Shown here piece after piece: positions 16,243 to 23,376 of a stretch of DNA of 35,750 nucleotides. The notes beneath the pieces are model-generated. The model had not been told where the DNA came from. It made no database searches and was given only the letters and a program-made list of their open reading frames with translations. Position 1 is the stretch's first letter, and each line of letters opens with the position of its first letter. Origin of the DNA: Gemmatimonadota bacterium (lineage in GTDB: Bacteria; Gemmatimonadota; Gemmatimonadetes; Gemmatimonadales; Gemmatimonadaceae); NCBI GenBank assembly GCA_016794835.1, contig JAEUJL010000525.1, positions 1 through 35,750 on the forward strand. Reading direction: 5' to 3'. Made by a program: the position numbers and the translations under genes.

Positions 16243-16976
16243 GAGGCCCTTCGGCGACGCCGTGAACTCGCGGCGTCCTCGGGCTCGGCCGCCGCAGCGC
16301 CCGGCCCCGTCTCCACGGGATAGCCGGCGAGCCGCCAGCCGGGGAGTCCGTCCGCAAATCGTCGCGCGTCGAGTCCCCGCTTGCGGACGCGTTCAACAGC
16401 TTCGGCGGCCATGACGCAGTAGGGGCCGCGACAATACGCCACGACCATCCGATCTCTCGGCAGGTCTCCGACGCGCGCGTTCAGCTGCTGGAGTGGAACC
16501 GAGAGGGCCCCGGCAATGTGTCCCGCGTTGTACTCCGCCGCCGGGCGCACGTCGATGAGCGTGACCTCCCCCGCCTTCAGCCGCCGACGCAGTTCAGCCC
16601 GATCGACGGGCTCGAGTGCGTCCCGGTGCTCGAAGTAGGTGCGAATCAGGTGGTCGACCTCCCGCAGCCGACGCCGGGTGAGCGCCTGCAGGGGGAGGAG
16701 GACGTCGAATAGTGCTTGGTCGGCAATGCGGTAGTAGACGAACTGTGCCTGTTTGCGCGTCTCCACAAGTCGCGCGCTCTTCAACACGGTCAGGTGCGAG
16801 GAGGTGTTGTTGACGGTGAGGGCCGCTTCGCGCGCCAGCACCTCGACCGTGCGCTCCCCCTGGGCGAGGACCTCAAGGAGTTCGAGCCGCTTGGGGCTGG
16901 CCAGCGCCTTCGCCGTATCGGCCCAGGCAGCGTACAGTGTGTCCTTCAGGTTGCGATGATCCACCGGCGCTCTCAT
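16239..16976 (-). CDS. ArsR/SmtB-family transcriptional regulator fused to a C-terminal rhodanese domain
   Basis: The N-terminal winged HTH (LASPKRLELLEVLAQGERTVEVLA...SSHLTVLKSARLV...YYRI) contains no Cys. The C-terminal rhodanese domain has the active-site loop YCRGPYC. Confidence 0.85.
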   Translation of the reverse strand: MRAPVDHRNLKDTLYAAWADTAKALASPKRLELLEVLAQGERTVEVLAREAALTVNNTSSHLTVLKSARLVETRKQAQFVYYRIADQALFDVLLPLQALTRRRLREVDHLIRTYFEHRDALEPVDRAELRRRLKAGEVTLIDVRPAAEYNAGHIAGALSVPLQQLNARVGDLPRDRMVVAYCRGPYCVMAAEAVERVRKRGLDARRFADGLPGWRLAGYPVETGPGAAAAEPEDAASSRRRRRAS

Positions 16977-17024
16977 ATTCCAGAGTCTTCTGGAATACTA
17001 GATCATGGCGCGACGGTCGGGCAA
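16976..17024 (-). promoter_or_regulatory. Candidate autoregulated promoter/operator of the ArsR-rhodanese operon
   Basis: Inverted repeat with 9-bp arms: TATTCCAGA (16976-16984), 4 nt, TCTGGAATA (16989-16997). It abuts the ATG. On the minus strand, TTGCCC (17024-17019), 18 nt, TAGTAT (17000-16995) overlaps the distal arm. Confidence 0.4.
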
Positions 17025-17097
17025 GAGGGTGACTGCCGCGTTCATCGAAGCCCCCGGACCGCGGTGTTACAACGTGCTTTCGGCGCGTCCGCGTCCC

Positions 17098-18459
17098 TCA
17101 GGAGACACGCACGCCGTCTCGCTCGAGCTCGACCTGGTTGGCACGCCGCGCCACGGTGCCGGGCGGGTCAGCGTACCAGCCAGGATCAACCTGGCTCGTC
17201 ACCTGCTCCCGCACCTTGAGGATCGTGAACATGCCGCCCATGTCGATGTAGCCCTTCGGCCCCTCCCGGCCCAGCATGGGAATGGAGTTGCGAGGCACGG
17301 GCATCCCCATGACCGCATGGTCGCCCATACCCGTTTGCCCCATGGTCATGTAACTCGGCAACAGGTCGCGGGCGGCAGCATCGATGCGCGCGGCTTCCGC
17401 CCCGACGAAGTTCACACCGCTGTGCCCCATCTGGTTCATGGTGTGGTGCGTCATGTGGCAGTGCATCGCCCAGTCGCCGGGGTTCGTCGCTGTGAACTCC
17501 ACCGTTCGCGTCGTGCCCACTGGCACCAACACGGTAGTCTCCGGCCACTGCCCTGCGGCATCGATCGGCCCTCCGTCGGTGGCCACCACACGCCAGGCAA
17601 GTCCGTGCACATGGATCGGATGATGGCTCATCGCGCTCAGGTTGCCGAAGCGCACTCGCACGTCGTCGTTGAGCTGGATCACTAGCGGTGCGGTGCCTGG
17701 GAAGGCCTTGCTGTTGAAGGTCAGCACATTGAAGTCGACCATCTCGTTGGGATCCGGGCGCGATGTCCCAATGCCGATCCGCCACTCACTGGACAACATC
17801 ACGAAGTCCTTATCCGGTCGGCGGCGTTCGCCACGCTCGTGCACGACCAACATCCCCATCATGCCCAACGCCTGCTGGGTCATCTCATCGTAGTGCGGAT
17901 GGTACATGTACGTCCCGTACTGGTTCAGATCGAACTCGTAGAGGTACGTCTCCCCCGGGGGTATCGGCGCCTGACTCAACCCGGACACACCATCCATGCC
18001 TGACGGCAGGATGATCCCGTGCCAATGCACACTCGTCGGCTCAGGTAAGCGATTGGTGACGTAGATCCGCACCCGATCCCCCTCCACCACCTCGATCGTC
18101 GGGCCAATCGTCCGCCCGTTGTAGCCCCAGCACTTTCCCGTCAGCCCCGGGGCGAACTCGTGGTCGAACTCGCCGGTCGTAAGATGGAAGACCTTCACAC
18201 CGTCCACGATCCGAAATGGCAGCGTTTCGCCGTTTGGCGTGATCACGGGCGTGTAGTCTCGGCCCGGAAGGCCCGGCGACACACGTCGGCGCACCCGCGC
18301 AACCGCTAACGCATCCACCGGGACCGACGGTTGCGGCCTGGGGGGCGGCGTGACATGCCCTGCATGCTGAGCTCCGGCGATGCCGGACGCCCCGCTCGTC
18401 ACCGCGAGTACCGCCAATCCCTGGCTGATGGCATTCCGCCGTGACATGGCGTCCGTCAT
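17098..18459 (-). CDS. TAT-exported multicopper oxidase (CopA/PcoA/CueO-like)
   Basis: All four Cu-ligand motifs are present: HWHG, HPHYDEM, HPIHVHG and HCHMTHHTMNQM. TAT motif SRRNAI. ATG 18459 overlaps the upstream OMF stop (ATGA). A Met-rich segment lies at 17218-17358. Confidence 0.9.
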   Translation of the reverse strand: MTDAMSRRNAISQGLAVLAVTSGASGIAGAQHAGHVTPPPRPQPSVPVDALAVARVRRRVSPGLPGRDYTPVITPNGETLPFRIVDGVKVFHLTTGEFDHEFAPGLTGKCWGYNGRTIGPTIEVVEGDRVRIYVTNRLPEPTSVHWHGIILPSGMDGVSGLSQAPIPPGETYLYEFDLNQYGTYMYHPHYDEMTQQALGMMGMLVVHERGERRRPDKDFVMLSSEWRIGIGTSRPDPNEMVDFNVLTFNSKAFPGTAPLVIQLNDDVRVRFGNLSAMSHHPIHVHGLAWRVVATDGGPIDAAGQWPETTVLVPVGTTRTVEFTATNPGDWAMHCHMTHHTMNQMGHSGVNFVGAEAARIDAAARDLLPSYMTMGQTGMGDHAVMGMPVPRNSIPMLGREGPKGYIDMGGMFTILKVREQVTSQVDPGWYADPPGTVARRANQVELERDGVRVS

Positions 18460-19868
18460 GGTGCGCTCCCTGTAGGTTGTTTCTGGGTGGCTTCGCGGCG
18501 CTCCTCCTCGCTGAGTGGCACCAGCGAACCTCCCGCCGCGCGCTCCAGCTCTGCGCGCGTCGTCCAATACGCCGCCAACGCTTCCACGTATGACTGTCCC
18601 GCCTCGACCTCGGCTTGACGCGCCAACAGGAGGGTAAAGATGGTCTCCTGCATCGCGTTCACGAATCGCTGCATCTCGCTGACCACGAGACTCCGGGCGG
18701 GTAACACGTCCGTGCGCAGCTGAAGCGCCCGGGCGCGCGCCCCTGCCATGCGGGCAGCAAGCGTCGTCACCTCGGCCGACACATCCACCACAGCGGCATC
18801 GTGTAACGCGACCGACTGTCGCAACAGCGCGCGATCACGCGCAATCCGCGCCTGGCCGCGATCGAAAAACGGAAGAGGCAGCGAGAACCCGCCGCCGCGG
18901 AAGGCCCCATCCGGCTCCCGTTCATAGCCCAGGCCGATGGTCCCGTCTGCAAGAAGGGCGAACCGCTGAGTCAGTCCAAGTGCTCGCGCTCGCGTCTCCA
19001 CGTCCTGACGTCGTGCGCGCAGGTCGAGGCGGCGTACCAACGCGACCTGCACGACATCGCGCCCCGTCGGTCCCGCATCCTCCGGATCGGCGAGCCGCGA
19101 CGCTACCGTCCACGTCGTATCGGTCGCGTCCAATCCCATCAACCGCGACAGCTCGGCTCGCGTCACCTGTTGCTCTTCACGAGCCCGGATCAGTGACACC
19201 TGCGCCTGCCCCGCCATCGCCCGCTCCTGCGCCAACACAAGGTCGGGAAGGTTACCGGCGGCGTGCAACACGCGCGCGCTCGTGGCACTGGCCGACGTGG
19301 CTGCGCCCACGGTCGTCCATAACTCAACCATCTGCGTGGCGGCCTGTGTCATGACGTAGGCGACGCGAACGCGCTTCGCCAGGTCAATCACCGCATCGGC
19401 CACACGCTGCTCGGCAGCTCGCAACGCGCTCTCCGATACCCGGGTACGCAACGGGCGTTGCAGAGCATCCACCAGGGGGAGCACGACCCCCGCCAGTCGG
19501 ACGGAACCGGCTCCGGAGGCCAGCCGCTCCACGGAAACAACGGGATTTGCGAGCAACCCGGCTTGCCGCAGGTCCGCCTGCGCAAGGCCAACCTCCTCCA
19601 ACGTGGCGCTCAGGTTGCGGTTCATCAGGAGCGCCACCTTGACCGCCGTGTCGATAGGGACTTCGCCCCGGACCACTCGGCGCGCCCACATCGTGACGGC
19701 GGTGTCTGCACTGGTCGTTGCGGGCAGACGCCAGCTGCCACGTTCTGCCAACAACTCCTGCACCCGGCCGAGGTCCGTGGGTCTCCCGGCACTCGCGCAG
19801 CCGCTGATCATCCCGAGCAAGGCGAGGCAGGCTCCCCCGGCGGCGCCACGCGCAAAATTTGCGGTCAC
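18456..19868 (-). CDS. TolC-family outer membrane factor lipoprotein
   Basis: Lipobox LGMISGC. 470 aa with OMF repeat architecture. GTG start 4 nt after the DUF4198 stop. Confidence 0.8.
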   Translation of the reverse strand: MTANFARGAAGGACLALLGMISGCASAGRPTDLGRVQELLAERGSWRLPATTSADTAVTMWARRVVRGEVPIDTAVKVALLMNRNLSATLEEVGLAQADLRQAGLLANPVVSVERLASGAGSVRLAGVVLPLVDALQRPLRTRVSESALRAAEQRVADAVIDLAKRVRVAYVMTQAATQMVELWTTVGAATSASATSARVLHAAGNLPDLVLAQERAMAGQAQVSLIRAREEQQVTRAELSRLMGLDATDTTWTVASRLADPEDAGPTGRDVVQVALVRRLDLRARRQDVETRARALGLTQRFALLADGTIGLGYEREPDGAFRGGGFSLPLPFFDRGQARIARDRALLRQSVALHDAAVVDVSAEVTTLAARMAGARARALQLRTDVLPARSLVVSEMQRFVNAMQETIFTLLLARQAEVEAGQSYVEALAAYWTTRAELERAAGGSLVPLSEEERREATQKQPTGSAP

Positions 19869-19872
19869 GCAG

Positions 19873-21183
19873 CTAATTCCCCGCCGCGCGCCGCGTCCGC
19901 GACGACCAGTGGACCGCCGAGATGCGCCAGCCCTGCGGCGTCCGCACGAGCACCACGAGTTCAGCGCCCGCTGAATTTACCGCGCGGCCACGATAGTCAC
20001 CGGTGGTTGTGCTGGTCCCCGTCACCCACGCCACGTCTCCGCGAACCGTGACTCGACGTACGAGGCGGTCGCTCTTGATGGCCTGCGCGAATGCCATGTC
20101 CCCTGGCAGGTGATGCGAGCGGTACTCGTCCCTGGTCTCGACACCGCCAGACTCCAGGATCATCACATCGTTGGACAACAGCGAGAGTGCACCCGTACTG
20201 TCGCCAGCCGCGAGGGCCGCGTGGAACCTGGTCACGGCGGCGAGGGCCCCTGCCGAATCCGTGGTCGGCTGCACCCGCGGAAGTTCGACCACGCCATTCG
20301 CCTCGTGCTTGTGCCCGCCGGGCACTTCGGTCCGGAACACCACCGTCGCGAACGCTACCTCCCATCCTCGCGCTCCCGCGGCCGCCGGCGCTGCGTGCAA
20401 CGTGCGCACGTTCCAGAGTCCGTCGTGATCAATCGCGATGGTCGCTTCCCCATCACCGTTGGTGACCATGTGTTGGTCCTTCACACCGGCCGGAAGCGCC
20501 GTGCTGTCGGTGACCGCGGCTTCGGGCGCCCAACCCGCGTGCAGGTGCGCGCCGGGTAACGGCTTTCCGCGAAACAGTAGCTTCACCGTGAGCGTGCCAC
20601 CGGTCTTGACCACCGATGGATCCGTCGTCGGCACAAACTCAAGCGCGTGCCCTACCACCTTGGCGAAGGCGCGAGGCCCCCCCATCCCGACTTCCACAAA
20701 GGTCTTGGCATACTTCGTGGTGTGCTGTTCCAGGCTGTCAGTGCCAACAAACGCTCCCTCACTGTCGTACCGCTGTGACAGCTCCGGCGCCCCTTCCAGC
20801 GCGATGTAGCGCTTGAGCCCCGCCGGAAGTGTCCGCGTCGTGCGCGTCACAAGCGCGACACTCACCACACGCTGTCCTGCGGACCCGGGGCGCTGTTTCA
20901 ACAGCAGTGACTTGCCGGCGACCGTCAGGTCCTTCACTGCCAGGTCATCGTTCGCTCCGATCACGCGGGCCTCCGCCACGCGCTCCGGCGTCACCGCGGA
21001 CAGTGAGACCGGAAACTTCGAGCTCGTCTGGCCGCGGATCTCCATGCTCGCGTTCCCCATGACCATGAATGCGTTCGGGATGATCCAGAAGTCGTGAGCG
21101 GCGGCGACCGCCGCGGTGATCGCCAACCCGACAGAAACGACAGCCAACCTGAGCGGCGAGCGCAACGACTGCGTCGAATGCAT
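19873..21183 (-). CDS. DUF4198-domain periplasmic protein fused to a C-terminal NTF2/SnoaL-like (DUF4440-type) domain
   Basis: The signal peptide ends AAA|HDFWIIP, which is the typical DUF4198 mature N-terminus beginning with His. The central block is DUF4198-like (LEFVPTTDPSVVKTGGTLTVKLLFRGKPLPGA). The last ~130 aa look NTF2-like (VTRFHAALAAGDSTGALSLLSNDVMILESGG...GWRISAVHWS). Confidence 0.7.
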   Translation of the reverse strand: MHSTQSLRSPLRLAVVSVGLAITAAVAAAHDFWIIPNAFMVMGNASMEIRGQTSSKFPVSLSAVTPERVAEARVIGANDDLAVKDLTVAGKSLLLKQRPGSAGQRVVSVALVTRTTRTLPAGLKRYIALEGAPELSQRYDSEGAFVGTDSLEQHTTKYAKTFVEVGMGGPRAFAKVVGHALEFVPTTDPSVVKTGGTLTVKLLFRGKPLPGAHLHAGWAPEAAVTDSTALPAGVKDQHMVTNGDGEATIAIDHDGLWNVRTLHAAPAAAGARGWEVAFATVVFRTEVPGGHKHEANGVVELPRVQPTTDSAGALAAVTRFHAALAAGDSTGALSLLSNDVMILESGGVETRDEYRSHHLPGDMAFAQAIKSDRLVRRVTVRGDVAWVTGTSTTTGDYRGRAVNSAGAELVVLVRTPQGWRISAVHWSSRTRRAAGN

Positions 21184-21240
21184 GGTGCGACCTCGGGGTG
21201 AAGGAAAGTCCTGAAGGAAAGGAAGGAAGAACCAGACACG

Positions 21241-23376
21241 TTACAAGCGGGTACGGCGAAGTAACTGGGCGTTTGCGGCAACAATGATCGTGCTGGCCGA
21301 CATCAACACGGCGGCAATGGCAGGCGAGAGGAGAAATCCCCACGGGGCGAGCACCCCGGCCGCAAGCGGAATCGCAATGACATTGTAGCCAGCGGCCCAC
21401 CAGAGGTTCTGCACCATCTTCCGGTACGTCGCCCGCGACAACTCAATGATGCGCAGGACGTCGCGCGGGTCGCTGCGCACGAGGACGACGTCGCCTGCTT
21501 CCACTGCAACATCGGTTCCGGCACCGATCGCCACTCCAACGTCTGCCGTCACCAGCGCCGGGGCATCGTTGACACCGTCACCGACCATTAACACGCGCCG
21601 CCCCTCACGCTGCAACCCCTCAATGCGCGCCGCCTTGTCGCCCGGCAGGACCTGCGCGAGCACGACGTCGATCCCCACCTGTCGTCCCACGGCCTGCGCG
21701 ACCGCCTCGGCGTCTCCCGTAAGCATCACCACGCGCACACCCTCGCGCTTCAACCCGGCGACCGCCGGTGCCGACTCATCTCGCACCACGTCGGCAATCG
21801 TGATGGCCGCCACCGCGTCCCTGGCCCCGTCCCGCTCGCGCACGACGACGACCCGCGCGCGACCGTCGCCAGCGGCTCGCGCAATCGCCGTCTCGATCGA
21901 CGCGGACGGCCTGACGTTGAGCTGGGCGAGGAGCGCTGGTCCACCGACGTAGTACGTGGTCCCGTCGACGTCCGCGCGCACGCCCCGGCCGGGAAGCGAC
22001 TCGAAGAGGAGCGCGCGCGGGATCTGCAGCAGGCGGTCCCTGGCGCTGCGCACAATGCCCGCCGCGATGGGATGCTCGGAGTCCCCCTCAACGGCCGCCG
22101 CGATCCGGAGGGCGTCATCCTGGGTCATCGTGCCGTCGACGACCACCTCCACGACGCCGAACGTCCCCCGAGTCAAAGTTCCCGTCTTGTCGAAGACCAC
22201 GGTGTCCACGCGCCGAGCCTCCTCGAGGCCACGACGGTCGCGGATCAGGAGACCGTGCCGCGCCGCCAGCGTGGTCGAGTTGGCAATCACCAACGGAATC
22301 GCCATGCCCAACGCGTGGGGACACGCCACCACCAGGGTCGTCACCAGACGTTCAACGGCATACGAGGTCTCGGCCCCTGATAGTGCCCAGAAAGCCAACG
22401 TCGTCGCCCCCGCACCTAACGCTACCCATGTCAGCCAGAACGCTGCGCGATCGGCCAGTACCTGGGCCCGCGAACGCGACGTCTGTGCGGCAGACACAAG
22501 GCGCATGATCCCCGCCAGCACGGTGGTCTCGCCCGTTCCGGTCACCTCGATGCGCAGCGACCCCGACCCGTTGACGGTGCCCGCGATCACCTTCGCACCC
22601 TCGACCTTGTCGACCGGCGTCGATTCGCCTGTGATCGCGGACTCATTCACGGCACTGCGCCCGCTGCGGACGGTGCCGTCCGCGGGCACCGCAGATCCAG
22701 GCCGGACCAGCAGCTGGTTCCCCGGCCGCACGTCGGCCAAGGCGACTTCTTCCATCACCTCTGGGTCCGCACCCGCCCGGCGTACACGTGTCGCGGTCCG
22801 CGGGAGAAGCCTGGCGAGTTCACCCAGGGCTCCGCTCGCCTGCGCGATCGAACGCATTTCGACCCAGTGCCCCAGGAGCATGATCGTGACGAGGGTCGCC
22901 AACTCCTCCCACAGCGGCATGCCCGGATACCCAAGCGTCACTGCCAGACTGAAGGCGAAGGCCACACTGACGGCCAGCGCGATCAGCGTCATCATCCCGG
23001 GCAGCCGACCACGAAGCTCCCGATATGCCCCGACGAGGAACGGCCACCCCCCAATGCCAAACACCAGTGTGCCTGCCATGGCAGGCAGCCACGTGCTCCC
23101 GGGGAAGGCTGGCGCCGAATAACCAAAGGCGCTCTGCAGCATGTGGCCCCAGATCAGGGTCGGCGCGCTGAGGGCGAGGCAGGCCAGGAACCGCCGACGA
23201 AACATGCCGATGTGATGTCCGGCATGCTTGTCGCGCCCCCTGTCACCTGCCGTCCCTGGGTTCGTCCGAACGGACGATTCGTCCACCCTGCGATTCGCGG
23301 CTCGCCTCGCCGATTCCTCGGCATCCGCGTGCTCCCGATGACCCTCGACAGGAGCGTGGTCGTGGCCGTGGGTCAT
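21241..23376 (-). CDS. copB: Copper-translocating P1B-type ATPase, CopB-like (CPH motif, His-rich N-terminus)
   Basis: Motifs DKTGTLT, GDGVNDAPAL, TM6 VVACPHALG and MSASTIIVAANAQLL. His-rich N-terminus MTHGHDHAPVEGHREHAD...KHAGHH. No CxxC HMA domain. Confidence 0.92.
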   Translation of the reverse strand: MTHGHDHAPVEGHREHADAEESARRAANRRVDESSVRTNPGTAGDRGRDKHAGHHIGMFRRRFLACLALSAPTLIWGHMLQSAFGYSAPAFPGSTWLPAMAGTLVFGIGGWPFLVGAYRELRGRLPGMMTLIALAVSVAFAFSLAVTLGYPGMPLWEELATLVTIMLLGHWVEMRSIAQASGALGELARLLPRTATRVRRAGADPEVMEEVALADVRPGNQLLVRPGSAVPADGTVRSGRSAVNESAITGESTPVDKVEGAKVIAGTVNGSGSLRIEVTGTGETTVLAGIMRLVSAAQTSRSRAQVLADRAAFWLTWVALGAGATTLAFWALSGAETSYAVERLVTTLVVACPHALGMAIPLVIANSTTLAARHGLLIRDRRGLEEARRVDTVVFDKTGTLTRGTFGVVEVVVDGTMTQDDALRIAAAVEGDSEHPIAAGIVRSARDRLLQIPRALLFESLPGRGVRADVDGTTYYVGGPALLAQLNVRPSASIETAIARAAGDGRARVVVVRERDGARDAVAAITIADVVRDESAPAVAGLKREGVRVVMLTGDAEAVAQAVGRQVGIDVVLAQVLPGDKAARIEGLQREGRRVLMVGDGVNDAPALVTADVGVAIGAGTDVAVEAGDVVLVRSDPRDVLRIIELSRATYRKMVQNLWWAAGYNVIAIPLAAGVLAPWGFLLSPAIAAVLMSASTIIVAANAQLLRRTRL

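Noticed and set aside
21200-21232. Purine tract with GAAGGAA-like repeats (GAAGGAAAGTCCTGAAGGAAAGGAAGGAAGAA) between copB and the DUF4198 gene
   Set aside because: On the transcribed (minus) strand it is a pyrimidine-rich spacer. On the plus strand no ORF follows the SD-like runs. I can assign no function, and it is too short and irregular to call a repeat element.
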